Below are positions 8,931 to 19,090 of a stretch of 64,000 bases of DNA, piece after piece (positions within the stretch are counted from its first letter, which is position 1; every line of letters starts with the position of its first letter). The notes under the pieces are model-generated. The model saw only the letters and a program-made list of their open reading frames with translations. It was not told the DNA's origin and ran no database searches. The stretch covers positions 3,760 through 67,759 of the forward strand of contig JBMYRW010000002.1 in the NCBI GenBank assembly GCA_049602735.1. Reading direction: 5' to 3'. The DNA is from Thermoplasmatota archaeon (GTDB lineage Archaea > Thermoplasmatota > E2 > JACPAO01 > JAHFTW01). The translations under genes were made by a program, and so were the position numbers.

Positions 8931-9914
8931 CTAGCAAAAACACCCGAGCACCCGCTCGGGGTTGATCCCCATGTCTTCTGCGACGGCGGTGGCCATCTCG
9001 GGGCATGGCTTGGCGCTGGCAGGCTCGGGCGGCTCCGGTAGGGCGGCGATGTACTCCTTGAGGTCGACGAAGCCGGCCGCGTCGAGGTCGCAGGCGGCCA
9101 CGAGCTTGTGGAAGCGGCTGCCCAGGAGCCCTTCGTCGGCCTGTTCGAAAAGTCGTTCGAGGCTGCCGTACTGGGTGATCGCCTTGACGGCGGTCTTGGG
9201 TCCGAACCCTTTGACGCCGGGGTGCCAGTCGGTGCCACAGACGATGGCGAGCTCTCGGAGCTGGTCGAGGCTGAGCCCGTGGGCGTCGATGTCCTCGAGG
9301 TGCAGCAGGAACGGCGCGGCGGCGCCCGCCTTGCGTAGGACCGTGGGGGCACCTGCCACCAGGGCGTCGAAGTCCTCCGTGGCCACCGCGTCGGCGTGGC
9401 CGGCATGGCACAGGGCAGCGGCGTACCGTTCGCCATCATGGTCGGCGCGGGTGACGGCGACGCCGAGCGGCTCCAGGAGTTTTGTGGCGTCGCCGATCAT
9501 GTCGTCGCTGAGGTAGACGGTGCCGCGCATGAGGCGGGCGTAGAGCTGGTGGTCGCCGGCCGCTTTGGCGGCGTTGGCGCGGGCCAGGGTCTCCTCCCGT
9601 TTGCGGATGCGTTCATCGACGGTCGCCTGCTTGCGGGGATGGACCTTGCCGTCCCAGATGATGATGGGTTCGGCGCCGCGTTCCCGGAACTGCTTGACCA
9701 GCCCCAGGAAGCCAAGGAGGTGGCCGATGGCGCGGCCGTCGTCGCCTCGCAGCACGTCCCCGTCACGTCCCCGTATGCTGGTGAGGTAACGGAAGGCGAC
9801 GTTGTGGGCGTCCACGGCGATGCGCTTGCCGTGGTACCAGTCGTTGGGCACCTCGTGTTGCGGGAACAGGTCGCGTAGGTTGACGCCCACGTCGCGGCGA
9901 CCCCTCTGGCCCAT
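8931..9914 (-). CDS. fen: Flap endonuclease 1 (archaeal FEN-1)
   Basis: Conserved FEN-1/XPG N and I domains (KRIAVDAHNVAFRYL, PIIIWDG, GTDWHPGVKGFGPKTA). Start is uncertain between ATG (MGQRG..., end 9914) and an in-frame GTG giving the MGVNLRDLF consensus. Confidence 0.9.
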   Translation of the reverse strand: MGQRGRRDVGVNLRDLFPQHEVPNDWYHGKRIAVDAHNVAFRYLTSIRGRDGDVLRGDDGRAIGHLLGFLGLVKQFRERGAEPIIIWDGKVHPRKQATVDERIRKREETLARANAAKAAGDHQLYARLMRGTVYLSDDMIGDATKLLEPLGVAVTRADHDGERYAAALCHAGHADAVATEDFDALVAGAPTVLRKAGAAAPFLLHLEDIDAHGLSLDQLRELAIVCGTDWHPGVKGFGPKTAVKAITQYGSLERLFEQADEGLLGSRFHKLVAACDLDAAGFVDLKEYIAALPEPPEPASAKPCPEMATAVAEDMGINPERVLGCFC

Positions 9915-10003
9915 TTGGAGCGACCGGTCAAGGGCCGCTGTGCCCTTGGGCACCTGGTCCCCTCGGCGCCGGTCTTTCTAGGAGCGACGGGGAGTTCTCG
10001 GTC

Positions 10004-11698
10004 ATGCGGCCGCCCAGAGGCCCAGGCAGCGCCATCCGTAAGGCCGCAGCGGCCGAGCAGCGGATCGCCTGGGTGCGCTTATCGGTGGTGGCGTTCAACA
10101 GCGTGGTCTACGCGCTGTGGATGCGTGGTGCGGGATGGCCTGAGTTGGCGTGGACCGTCATCGTGGCTGCCAATCTGTACAGTCTGGGCGTGACGTTGGG
10201 GCGCCCGGAGCGCCGGTTTCCCGCCATGGCGACGGCCATGTGGACGACGGTCACGGACGCCTTGCTGATCGTGTTGTGGTTGTCGGCCACCGGCGGCGCT
10301 GCGTCACCGTTCTGGATCCTCTGGTCGTTCTCGCTGGTGGCCATCGCGTTCCGTTTCGGGTCGAAGGAGACGTGGGCGGCAGGCGCCGTGTACGTGTTCC
10401 TGGAGGCGTCGCTCCTGGCACGCCAGGGTCTCTTCGCGTGGCCCATGGACCCGTTGGCGGCGGTGCGGGTGGGCTACATCGCGCTCTTTGGTGGGCTGGC
10501 CGGCGGCATGGCCGATTTCACCCGGGACGCTTTGGACCGCGAGCGGCGCCTGGATGACCTGTCGAAGCGGCTGCGGTCGTCCCAGGGAGACCTGGAGGCG
10601 GTGCTGGCCTATGCGCCGTCCATCGTGATGCGCGTGGACCGCGAGGGTCGGATCCTGTACATCAACCGCGTTGTGCCCGGCCTGGACGAGTCGGACGTCG
10701 TGGGTCGTTCCATGACGGAGTTCGTGCCTCCTGAGACCGCCGAACGGCTGCGGGGCTACCTGAAGCGCGTGGTGGAGAAGGGGGAGGCGGTGACGTACGA
10801 GGTGGAGGGCCTGGGTCCGGACGGTGCGCAGGCGATCTACGAGAGCCGCATGGCCCCGGTCCGCCACGGCGACGAGGCAGAGGGTGCGGTGCTGTTGACC
10901 CTGGATGTGACCCGCGAGCGCCGGCAGGCCCAGGAGGTCGCGGAGGCGCGGTTGGTGGAAGAGCGCCGCGAGGCGGAACTGCGTCGCCTGCGTGACGAGG
11001 ACGCCTTCCGCCGCGATCTGCTCAATGCGGTGGCCCATGAGCTCAACACGCCGCTGACGCCGTTGAAGTTGCAGCTCCATCTGTTGCGCCGCGACCCGCA
11101 GCGCCTGCAGGATGCCTTGGAGGTGCTGGAGCGCAACATGGACCGCCTGGCGTTCCTGGTCGGCGATCTCCTGGAGGTCTCACGGTTGCAGGAGCAACGC
11201 GGGGCGCTCCATCTGGAGAGCGTGGACCTTGGAGACCTGGTGGCCGAGGCGGTGGCGACGTTCCATGATCCTGCCGGCGACCAGGGGGTGGCGCTGACGC
11301 ATCTGCTCAAGCGGCCGTTGCCGCTGCAGGCGGACCGCATGCGCATCACTCAGGTGTTGTACAACCTCCTCTCGAACGCTCTGAAGTTCAGCCCGTCGGG
11401 ATCGACGATCCGCATCGAGGCGGCCGTCGAAGGCGACCGCGTCCGGTGCGCCGTGGTCGACGAGGGCCCGGGCTTGTCGAAGGAGGATGCCCGTCGCGTG
11501 TTCGAGCCGTTCGTCCAGGCCCACACGGGCAAGGGCGGCAGCGGCCTCGGGTTGCACATCACGAAGGGCATCGTGGAGGCCCACGGCGGAGCGATCGGTG
11601 TGGACAGCGCCGGCGCCGGTCAGGGTTGCTCCTTCTGGTTCGAGTTGCCTGCTGGTGGGCCCGCCAAGAAGCTCTCGCCGCCTCGTGAGGCTTCGTAG
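10004..11698 (+). CDS. Membrane sensor histidine kinase (TM region, PAS-like domain, HisKA, HATPase_c)
   Basis: N-terminal hydrophobic helices, PAS-like segment, H-box 'AHELNTPLTPL', and N/G1/G2 boxes (LLSNALKFSP, DEGPGL, GSGLGL). Confidence 0.85.
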   Translation: MRPPRGPGSAIRKAAAAEQRIAWVRLSVVAFNSVVYALWMRGAGWPELAWTVIVAANLYSLGVTLGRPERRFPAMATAMWTTVTDALLIVLWLSATGGAASPFWILWSFSLVAIAFRFGSKETWAAGAVYVFLEASLLARQGLFAWPMDPLAAVRVGYIALFGGLAGGMADFTRDALDRERRLDDLSKRLRSSQGDLEAVLAYAPSIVMRVDREGRILYINRVVPGLDESDVVGRSMTEFVPPETAERLRGYLKRVVEKGEAVTYEVEGLGPDGAQAIYESRMAPVRHGDEAEGAVLLTLDVTRERRQAQEVAEARLVEERREAELRRLRDEDAFRRDLLNAVAHELNTPLTPLKLQLHLLRRDPQRLQDALEVLERNMDRLAFLVGDLLEVSRLQEQRGALHLESVDLGDLVAEAVATFHDPAGDQGVALTHLLKRPLPLQADRMRITQVLYNLLSNALKFSPSGSTIRIEAAVEGDRVRCAVVDEGPGLSKEDARRVFEPFVQAHTGKGGSGLGLHITKGIVEAHGGAIGVDSAGAGQGCSFWFELPAGGPAKKLSPPREAS

Positions 11699-11729
11699 CC
11701 CCTTTTTCGCGCGGGGCCGTGGCCGCGTC

Positions 11730-12473
11730 ATGGACCTGGAAGGCAAGCGTGTGCTCGTGACGGGGGCGACGGCCGGCATCGGTGAAGCGACGGCACGTGC
11801 CTTCGTCGAGGCGGGGGCCCACGTGGTGCTCGCGGCGCGCCGACGGGAACGCCTGGATGCCCTGGTCGAAGAGCTCGGCGACCGCGCAGAGGCCTTGGTC
11901 CTGGACGTGGCGGACCGCGCGGCCGTGGAAGCGGCCCCCGCGGGGGCGTTCGAGGTGGACATCCTGGTCAACAACGCGGGCCTGGCGCGGGGCACCGACC
12001 CTTTGCACACGGCGGACCCGTCCGATTGGGAGGAGATGGTGGACACCAATGTCCTGGGGCTCCTGTACGTCACACGTCGCGTCGCCGCCGGGATGGCCGC
12101 GCGGGGCGAGGGTCACATCGTCAACCTGGGCAGTGTCGCCGGCCGCTGGACGTACCCTGGCGGAGGCGTCTATTGTGCCACCAAGCACGCGGTGCGGGCG
12201 CTCTCGGAGGGGCTCCGCATGGACCTGCACGGGTCCGGCGTACGTGTGACCAACATCGAACCCGGCCTTGTGGAGACGGAGTTCTCCATGGTCCGTTTTG
12301 GCGGCGACGAGCAACGCGCTGCGGCGGTCTATGAGGGCACGAGGGCCCTGTCGGCGCAGGATGTGGCGGAGACGATCCTCTGGTGCTGCGGGCGCCCAGC
12401 GCACGTCAACGTCCAGGAGCTGGTGCTCTTCCCGACGGACCAGGCGAGCGTCGGCATGGTGCTCCGGGCCTGA
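11730..12473 (+). CDS. Short-chain dehydrogenase/reductase (SDR) family oxidoreductase
   Basis: TGATAGIGEA Rossmann motif, NNAG, and catalytic YCATK. Confidence 0.85.
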   Translation: MDLEGKRVLVTGATAGIGEATARAFVEAGAHVVLAARRRERLDALVEELGDRAEALVLDVADRAAVEAAPAGAFEVDILVNNAGLARGTDPLHTADPSDWEEMVDTNVLGLLYVTRRVAAGMAARGEGHIVNLGSVAGRWTYPGGGVYCATKHAVRALSEGLRMDLHGSGVRVTNIEPGLVETEFSMVRFGGDEQRAAAVYEGTRALSAQDVAETILWCCGRPAHVNVQELVLFPTDQASVGMVLRA

Positions 12474-12532
12474 TCCGGGTCGTTTCACCCACCCCTCCCC
12501 ATGGACCAAGCCTAAGAGACCCATGCGAAGCC

Positions 12533-12742
12533 ATGGACGTGGTTCAGATCCCCGGAGGCTACGAAGTCCGCGGCGACACCTACCTGGTCAAGGACATCCT
12601 GAAGAAGCACGGCGCTCGATGGAACGGCATGGCCGGCGCGTGGACCTTCGACGATGAAGCAGCCGCCCACGCCGCGGCCAAGGTCGCCAGCACGGAGCTC
12701 GCGTACCGGAAGGAACTGGAAGCCCTCGAAGCGATGGCGTAG
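12533..12742 (+). CDS. Small hypothetical protein (69 aa)
   Basis: Protein-like composition (MDVVQIPGGYEVRGDTYLVKDILKKHGARWNG...). The upstream part of ORF 12383..12742 is R/P-rich and overlaps the SDR gene, so the internal ATG was taken. Confidence 0.4.
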   Translation: MDVVQIPGGYEVRGDTYLVKDILKKHGARWNGMAGAWTFDDEAAAHAAAKVASTELAYRKELEALEAMA

Positions 12743-12794
12743 GCGTCACGGCCAACGCCACAAGCACCAAGTGGCCAAAGAGGACCTCAGGTCC

Positions 12795-14021
12795 ATGGAC
12801 CTGCGTTGGTGGATGACGGTGCCTCTCCTGATGGCGGCCGTCGCTGGATGCCTCGACAACGAAGACGGCAGCGCCGCGGCCACGGCGCTCGAGGAGCCCC
12901 CAGAGCTTCCGAGCCTCCCCGAGACCATCAGTCGCTTCGGCGCCGTGGCGATCACGGACCTGGAGGGCAGCGGCCAGGGCATCTGGACCCATGGCGACAC
13001 GCTCTACATGACCAACGGCGGCGACCTCAACCTCGCCGACATCAGCGACCCCATGGATCCCAAGCAGCTTGGCGCCATCCAGGACATCGGCGCCCGGGAC
13101 GTGGACGTCCTCGAATGGGACGGCCGCATCTACGCGGTCCTGGCAGGCAGCAGCGACGGCCTGCACGTGGTGGACGTCACGGACCCCATGCGCCCCACGC
13201 TCACCGGCACCTTCCCGTTGCCCAGCGCCGGCGTGCACAACCTGGCCGCTGTGCCGGGTACTCCGTACGTGTATGCCAGTGGCGCCAGCGGCACCGGGAA
13301 GGCGATCGACGTGGTCGACATCTCGGACCCCGCCAACCCCCTCATCCACACCTTCCCCATCCCGGCCACCATGGGCGGCATCCCCGTCGAGTCCGACGGC
13401 TGCCACGACATCACCGTCCGCGCCGACCTGGAACGGGCGTACTGCGCCGGCGGTGGAGGTACCTACACAGGCCTCGGCGGCGAGACGTTCATCTGGGACA
13501 TCAGCGAAGGCGCCGGAGGCGTGACCAACCCCACGTGGGTGGCCATGATCGACGACCCGCGCCTCAAGTACCACCACCAGGCGTTCGTCAACCTGGAAGG
13601 GACGATCCTGATCATCAACGACGAGTTCATCGCCCCCAACTGCGTGCGCGTCGAGACGCCCCTGCCGGGCGCGGCGGACCCGCAGGTGCCGTTTGCGGCC
13701 GCGTGGATCTACGACGTCTCCGACGAGAGCTCCCCGCAGCAGATGGCGTTCATCCAGAACCCCAGCGGCATCGAAGCCGATGAGGGCGGGCAACCGAAGG
13801 TGAACTGCGGCAGCCACTTCGGCGACATCGTGCTGGGCCACGACGCGTTCGTGATGGGCTGGTACCAGGGCGGCACGGTCCTCGTGGACTTCAGCGACCC
13901 CGCCAATCCGCTCCTCTTGGACATCGCGGACGCCGCCGGCGGCTCCACTTGGGACGCCCGCGTACACGGCACGTACGTCCTGCACAGCTCCAACGACCTC
14001 ATCGTGACGCCCTTGGAGTGA
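12795..14021 (+). CDS. LVIVD-repeat beta-propeller lipoprotein
   Basis: Signal peptide with lipobox MTVPLLMAAVAGCLDNEDG. Repeated 'hhVDVSDPxNP' LVIVD-type motifs (LHVVDVTDPMRP, AIDVVDISDPANP, VLVDFSDPANP). Confidence 0.8.
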   Translation: MDLRWWMTVPLLMAAVAGCLDNEDGSAAATALEEPPELPSLPETISRFGAVAITDLEGSGQGIWTHGDTLYMTNGGDLNLADISDPMDPKQLGAIQDIGARDVDVLEWDGRIYAVLAGSSDGLHVVDVTDPMRPTLTGTFPLPSAGVHNLAAVPGTPYVYASGASGTGKAIDVVDISDPANPLIHTFPIPATMGGIPVESDGCHDITVRADLERAYCAGGGGTYTGLGGETFIWDISEGAGGVTNPTWVAMIDDPRLKYHHQAFVNLEGTILIINDEFIAPNCVRVETPLPGAADPQVPFAAAWIYDVSDESSPQQMAFIQNPSGIEADEGGQPKVNCGSHFGDIVLGHDAFVMGWYQGGTVLVDFSDPANPLLLDIADAAGGSTWDARVHGTYVLHSSNDLIVTPLE

Positions 14022-14077
14022 CGAAGCAAGGCCGGTTGACCGCAGCGCCTAAACAGAGGGCGGGAGGCTGTCGTCCC

Positions 14078-14614
14078 ATGCGCTCCTTGCTGCTGGCCGC
14101 CACGGTGGCTTTGGCCGCCATTGCCGGCTGCCTCGACGATGATGAACCTGCCACGGATGATGTCGGATCCGCGCCGGCAACGAGCATGGAGGACACTCCC
14201 GCTCTGCACAACGAGACGGTCACGGGCGACGCGACCACGACGATGTTCCTGTGGGTGGGCGCGGCTCTCTTCGATGAAGGCGCGTCCTTCCCCGTCAAGA
14301 GTGATGCCACCGAGTTGATCGTCAACATCACGGCCGACATGGTCACTCCGACGGACTACAACGTCCGCCTGGCCCCCGAGGGCTGCGATACCCTGTCGGG
14401 CTCCTGTTCTTACTACGTGGACATGGCCTCGGGCGAGGGTCAGTTCACCCTGAAGGACCCGGAAGCCGGGACGTGGAGTGTGGCGTTCTTCACGAACCAA
14501 GGCGTGGCTGTCGGTAGCTATGAACTGGAGATCGTGCAGTTCCTGGCGGCCGAAGAGCCGACGGACGCGGCGACCGACGACGACGCCGAGGCACCCTGCG
14601 ACCCAGCGTGCTGA
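14078..14614 (+). CDS. Acidic lipoprotein of unknown function
   Basis: MRSLLLAATVALAAIAGCLDDDEP lipobox. Acidic mature region with a CxxC pair at the C-terminus. Confidence 0.6.
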   Translation: MRSLLLAATVALAAIAGCLDDDEPATDDVGSAPATSMEDTPALHNETVTGDATTTMFLWVGAALFDEGASFPVKSDATELIVNITADMVTPTDYNVRLAPEGCDTLSGSCSYYVDMASGEGQFTLKDPEAGTWSVAFFTNQGVAVGSYELEIVQFLAAEEPTDAATDDDAEAPCDPAC

Positions 14615-14627
14615 AGCGCCTCGGCGT

Positions 14628-15365
14628 TCACCCCATCTTGTCGGGGTCGCCGGCGCCGCCGCCCAGGTAGATGTCCCTGACGGCCGGGTCCGAGAGGAGC
14701 TGGCGGCCAGGGCCATCCAGGCGGTTCTTGCCCATGACCAACAGGTAGGCGCGGTGGGCGGTCTCCAAGGCGAGCACCGCATTCTGCTCCACCATGACCA
14801 CCGCGACGCCCTCTTCGTTGACGGCCACGATGGCGTCCAGGACCTCTTCGACCACTTGGGGCGCCAAGCCCACGGAGGGTTCGTCGAGAAGCAGGACCTC
14901 TGGTTCGAGCATCAACGCGCGGCCCATGGCGAGCATCTGTTGCTCGCCGCCGGAGAGGCTGCCGGCCGGTTGCCGCATCCGTTCCCGTAGGCGCGGGAAA
15001 CGCTCGTAGACCGCTTCGGCGCGCTTGGGGACGAGCTCCTGATCCGGCAGCACGAAGCCGCCCATCCGGAGGTTCTCCTGGACGGTGAGGCTGGGGAACA
15101 CCGCCCGCCCCTGCGGCACGAAGCAGACGCCCCGGCGCACCATCTTCTCAGGCGTGGCGTTCGTGACCGCCTCACCCTGGTGATGGACGGTGCCTTGCTT
15201 GACCGGCACGAGGCCGAAGAGCGCCTTGAGGGCCGTGGTCTTGCCGGCTCCGTTGGGGCCGATGATGGCGACGATCTCACCGGGGTCGACCTTGAGGTCC
15301 AACTGGTGGAGGATCTGTACGCGGCCGTAGTAGGTGTCGATGGCGCGGGCTTCCAGGAGGCTCAT
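14628..15365 (-). CDS. livF: Branched-chain amino acid ABC transporter ATP-binding protein LivF
   Basis: Walker A GPNGAGKTT, signature LSGGEQQ, Walker B LLLDEP. Start MSLLEARAIDTYYG taken at the internal Met. Confidence 0.9.
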   Translation of the reverse strand: MSLLEARAIDTYYGRVQILHQLDLKVDPGEIVAIIGPNGAGKTTALKALFGLVPVKQGTVHHQGEAVTNATPEKMVRRGVCFVPQGRAVFPSLTVQENLRMGGFVLPDQELVPKRAEAVYERFPRLRERMRQPAGSLSGGEQQMLAMGRALMLEPEVLLLDEPSVGLAPQVVEEVLDAIVAVNEEGVAVVMVEQNAVLALETAHRAYLLVMGKNRLDGPGRQLLSDPAVRDIYLGGGAGDPDKMG

Positions 15366-16150
15366 GCGTCCCCTCCCCACGCGGCGCTGAACTTGCGGCC
15401 GGTGCCCAGGTACGCTTCGGCGACGCGCGGGTCGTTGCGGACGGTCTCTGGTTCGTCGTGCAGCAGCACGCGGCCTTGGTCCATGACGGCCACGTCGTCG
15501 CATTCGCTCATGATCATCTCGATGTCGTGTTCGATGACCAGGAACGTGCGGCCCCGGTCGTCGCTCAGCTCATGGACGAGCTGAAGCAGGCGCTTGCGCA
15601 GCGTCGGGTTGATGCCGCTCATGGGTTCGTCGAGGAGCACCAAGGGCGTCTCCAGGCTGAGCACGCGGGCGAACTCCACCAGCTTGCTCTGGCCGTAGCT
15701 GAGCTGCCCCGCCGGCACGTCGGCCCGGTGTCCCATGCCCACGAACTCCAGCCACTCCTCGGCCTTGGCGCGGGCGTCCCGTTCGACGCCTGACCAGCCC
15801 CCCAGGAGGGCCGTGGCGACGCGTTCGCCGGGGTGGTCGCGGGTGGCGACCAGGAGGTTGTCGAGGGCGCTGAGACGCGGGAGCAGTCGGACGAGCTGGA
15901 AGGTGCGGCCGATGCCCCGGCGGGCGATGAGGTGGGGAGGCAGGCCGTCGATGCGGGCCCCGGACAGGTGCACCGTACCGCCGTCGGGCTGCTGGAACCC
16001 TGTCACGCAGTCGAAGAGCGTCGTCTTGCCGGCGCCGTTGGGGCCGATGAGCCCCGTGATGCTGCCAGCCTGGACCTCCAGGTCGACGCCGCCGAGGGCC
16101 CGCAGGCCGCCGAAGCGCTTCTCGATGCCGCGGACGCGCAGCAGGCTCAT
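15362..16150 (-). CDS. livG: Branched-chain amino acid ABC transporter ATP-binding protein LivG
   Basis: 262 aa from MSLLRVRGIEKRFGG. Walker A GPNGAGKTT, LSYGQSK signature, LLDEP. Overlaps livF and livM by 4 nt each (ATGA couplings). Confidence 0.9.
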   Translation of the reverse strand: MSLLRVRGIEKRFGGLRALGGVDLEVQAGSITGLIGPNGAGKTTLFDCVTGFQQPDGGTVHLSGARIDGLPPHLIARRGIGRTFQLVRLLPRLSALDNLLVATRDHPGERVATALLGGWSGVERDARAKAEEWLEFVGMGHRADVPAGQLSYGQSKLVEFARVLSLETPLVLLDEPMSGINPTLRKRLLQLVHELSDDRGRTFLVIEHDIEMIMSECDDVAVMDQGRVLLHDEPETVRNDPRVAEAYLGTGRKFSAAWGGDA

Positions 16151-17166
16151 GGCTGATCCTCCTCGGCGCCCTTGGCGCCACGCGCACGGGGTCGGAGCAG
16201 GTCCCGCAGCCGTACGTCGCGGCCGCCCAGGATGCCGTTGGGCCGGGTGAGCATCAGGAGCAGCAGGACGAGGGAGAACAGCATGATGCGCAGGCTGGGC
16301 AGGTCCAGGTCGGTGGCGTCCGCGCCGCCCAGCACCTCGCCCAGCCACTGGGTGAACCCGAGGGCCACCTCGTCGATGAGGGTCACCAGCAGCGCTCCGA
16401 CGAGGGCACCGTGGTGGCTGCCGAGGCCGCCCAGGATCACCATGACGACGATGGTCACCATGAAGTGGAAACTGTAGCCGCTGGGGCTGAGGATCTGTAG
16501 GTGATGCACCCAGAGGCCCCCCGCGATGCCAGCGACGACGGCGCTGATCCAGAGGGCCTTGAGGCGCAGCCATTCCACGTCTTTGCCCATGGCGGCCGCT
16601 GCGTGCTTGTCCTCCCGGACGGCCTTCAGGACGCGACCCATGGGACTGCGTTTCATGCGTCCCAGCGCCGTGTGGATGACGAACGCCGCCGCACCCACCA
16701 ACAGCACTTCGAGGAGACGAGGCTCCATCCCGGTCGCGTCCCCCATGCAGGCCAGGTCGCATCCAAGCGGGTTGAGCGTCGGCACGCCGAACTTCCCGTT
16801 GGCGTAGAAGCCCACGAGGATCACCTGCGTCATGACGCCAAGGCCCAACGTCGCGATGGCGAAGTAGTCCCCTGAGAGCCGTAACGTCGGCACGCCCACG
16901 AAGAAGATGGCCGCTGTGGTGAAGATGACCCCCAACAGGAGGCCGCCGAAGAGGTCGAGGCCAAGGAGGTCCGGGTGGGTGCCGACGGTGCTGCCGAAGG
17001 CGCCCAGGGCGAAGAAGCCGACGTGGCCGAGCTGGAAGAGCCCCGTGTAACCGATGGCCAGATCGAGCGCCGAGGCCAGGATGAGGAACAACAGGAACCG
17101 CCACAGCAGCTCCAGCAGCAGCGACTCGTTGGTGACGAAGCCGAACAGATGCTCCACGAGGCTCAC
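16147..17166 (-). CDS. livM: Branched-chain amino acid ABC transporter permease LivM
   Basis: 339 aa polytopic membrane protein with LivM-like conserved segments. Confidence 0.88.
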   Translation of the reverse strand: MSLVEHLFGFVTNESLLLELLWRFLLFLILASALDLAIGYTGLFQLGHVGFFALGAFGSTVGTHPDLLGLDLFGGLLLGVIFTTAAIFFVGVPTLRLSGDYFAIATLGLGVMTQVILVGFYANGKFGVPTLNPLGCDLACMGDATGMEPRLLEVLLVGAAAFVIHTALGRMKRSPMGRVLKAVREDKHAAAAMGKDVEWLRLKALWISAVVAGIAGGLWVHHLQILSPSGYSFHFMVTIVVMVILGGLGSHHGALVGALLVTLIDEVALGFTQWLGEVLGGADATDLDLPSLRIMLFSLVLLLLMLTRPNGILGGRDVRLRDLLRPRARGAKGAEEDQP

Positions 17167-19034
17167 TTGCGCGCCACCCCCTGGTCACTCGGGATGAGGC
17201 CCCGCGGCCGCCACAGCAGGAAGAGGATCAGGATGGCGAACGCGATGGCGTTCTGGAAGCGGCTGTCGATGAACTGGCCGCCGACGTTCTCCGCGAGGCC
17301 GATGAGCACGCCGCCCAGGAAGGCACCTTGGATGTTGCCGATGCCGCCCACGACGGCTGCCGTGAACGCCTTGATGCCGACGTGCAGGCCGAGCGTCGGG
17401 TGCAGCGTGAAGCGCAGGCCCCACAGGGCGCCACCCACGGCCGCCATGGCGCTGCCCAAGAGGAACGTCCAACTGATGACCCGGTCGACCGGGAGGCCAA
17501 TGGTGCGGGCGGTCTCCATGTCGTCGGCGACGGCCCGCATCGCCTGACCCATCCGGCTGCGGCGCACCAGCCACGAGACACCGACGACGAGCAGGAGGCT
17601 GACGACGATGATCGTGAGGTCCAGGTTGCTCACCGGGGCCCCCAGGATGGTCCGGTCGGTCTCCAGCCACCTCGCCGTCGCCGAGTCGCGGTAGGTACCG
17701 GGCTCCGTGAACGTCCGGCGGCTGGTGCCGAACCAGAACTGGGCCGCCGACGAGAGCAACAGGCTGACGGCGATGGCGGTGATCAGCGGCGTCAGCCGGT
17801 CGCCGCCGCGCAACGGACGGTACGCCACCCGTTCGATGCCGACGCCGAGGGCCGCCGTGAGGGTGACGCTGGCGAGCACGGCCGCCCACAGGGGCAGCAC
17901 CGGGAACTGCACCACGAACAGCCAGGCGAAGTAGCCGCCCCAGGCGAACAGGTCGCCGTGGGCGAAGTTGATGAACTTCAGCACGCCGTAGACCATCGTG
18001 TAGCCCAGGGCGATGAGCCCGTACACGGCGCCGATGGAGAGCCCGAGCACCACGAAGCGCCCCAGGCCGCCGACGTCCGGCCACCGCAGCAGCTCCGTAG
18101 AGGCAGCGGCCTGTTGCCAGACGAGTCCTAGCACGAGGACGACGAGGCCGGTCGTCAGCCCCGTCCGAACCGCCGCTGCCGTGTCCCACGCCCCCTCCTG
18201 GGTGCGCCGTATCAGGAGGCTGCCCGCTGCGACCGGCACGCCCAGGCCGAGGGCGAGGCCCAGGGTGTCCATCACGGAATGGGCCGTCGGCGCGATGCGA
18301 CCCGCCGCCGCAAAGAGCAGCACAAGCAACAGGGCGGCGGCGGCCACCAGGCGCGTGCGGACGATGCGGGCACGCGTCGCGGCTTCCAGGTGCACCCAGC
18401 GCTCCAGGCGCGCTTCACGCCAAGCCCCCGCGCGGGCGGTGGCGACCTCCAGGCGGCCACGCAACGAAGGGACCCACGCGATCGCCAGAGCGCCGAGGCC
18501 CAGCAACCCCAGGAGCGAGGCGCCCAGATACGGCAGGCGCGTCGGAGGCGCCGCCCCTTCGCCGGCCGGCTCGCCCACGAACAGCAGAACGGGGTCCGGG
18601 TCGTTGTTGGACGGGTCCGGATCGTAGGCACCCGTGGTGAGCCGGGCGACGAGGTGCGTCGTGCCCACCGGGGTCGCTTCCGGCAGGACGAACGGGAGGC
18701 TGACGCGCCGGGTCGCCGTCTCGCCAACCTCCCACTGGCCCGCGAGGACGCCCAGGAGCGTACCATCCTCCAGCGCGAGCGTGATGTTCCACGCGGCAGG
18801 AACCGTCAGACTATTGTCGCGGCCACGGGCCTTCAGGCTAAGGGTGGCCTCCATGGCGGCGCCGGGGTCCGCCTGCACCTGGTTGGCGTTGAACGCACGA
18901 CCGTCGTCGCCCACCGTGAAGCTGACCTGGCCTTCGTACCGCAACAGGAGGTCGACGCTGCCTGCCTCCTGGCCCGCGACGCCCGTGGCAGGGGCCACCA
19001 GCACGAGGAGCATCAACAGGAGCGCCGGCCGCAC
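17163..19034 (-). CDS. livH: Branched-chain amino acid ABC transporter permease LivH with a ~300-aa N-terminal signal-peptide-bearing extension
   Basis: The C-terminal ~300 aa is a canonical LivH permease (GLSIGAVYGLIALGYTMVYGVLKFINFAHG...). The N-terminus has the signal peptide MRPALLLMLLVLVAPATGVAGQEAG followed by a non-permease domain. Confidence 0.85.
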   Translation of the reverse strand: MRPALLLMLLVLVAPATGVAGQEAGSVDLLLRYEGQVSFTVGDDGRAFNANQVQADPGAAMEATLSLKARGRDNSLTVPAAWNITLALEDGTLLGVLAGQWEVGETATRRVSLPFVLPEATPVGTTHLVARLTTGAYDPDPSNNDPDPVLLFVGEPAGEGAAPPTRLPYLGASLLGLLGLGALAIAWVPSLRGRLEVATARAGAWREARLERWVHLEAATRARIVRTRLVAAAALLLVLLFAAAGRIAPTAHSVMDTLGLALGLGVPVAAGSLLIRRTQEGAWDTAAAVRTGLTTGLVVLVLGLVWQQAAASTELLRWPDVGGLGRFVVLGLSIGAVYGLIALGYTMVYGVLKFINFAHGDLFAWGGYFAWLFVVQFPVLPLWAAVLASVTLTAALGVGIERVAYRPLRGGDRLTPLITAIAVSLLLSSAAQFWFGTSRRTFTEPGTYRDSATARWLETDRTILGAPVSNLDLTIIVVSLLLVVGVSWLVRRSRMGQAMRAVADDMETARTIGLPVDRVISWTFLLGSAMAAVGGALWGLRFTLHPTLGLHVGIKAFTAAVVGGIGNIQGAFLGGVLIGLAENVGGQFIDSRFQNAIAFAILILFLLWRPRGLIPSDQGVARK

Positions 19035-19090
19035 ACCCTGGAAGCCGGCGGTTTCAACATGGTGCTTTCGGAGCCGCCCGGAATCGCCAC

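Noticed and set aside
8942-8960. 7-bp stem hairpin (CCCGAGC-ACCC-GCTCGGG) in the convergent region between the Cys-rich gene and fen
   Set aside because: It lies inside the fen coding sequence (it encodes …PERVLGC). The fen stop is immediately followed by a T5 tract on the minus strand, which is the more likely archaeal terminator.
12588-13985. 465-aa minus-strand ORF opposite the LVIVD lipoprotein gene
   Set aside because: Antisense composition. The + strand gene has a lipobox signal peptide and LVIVD repeats.
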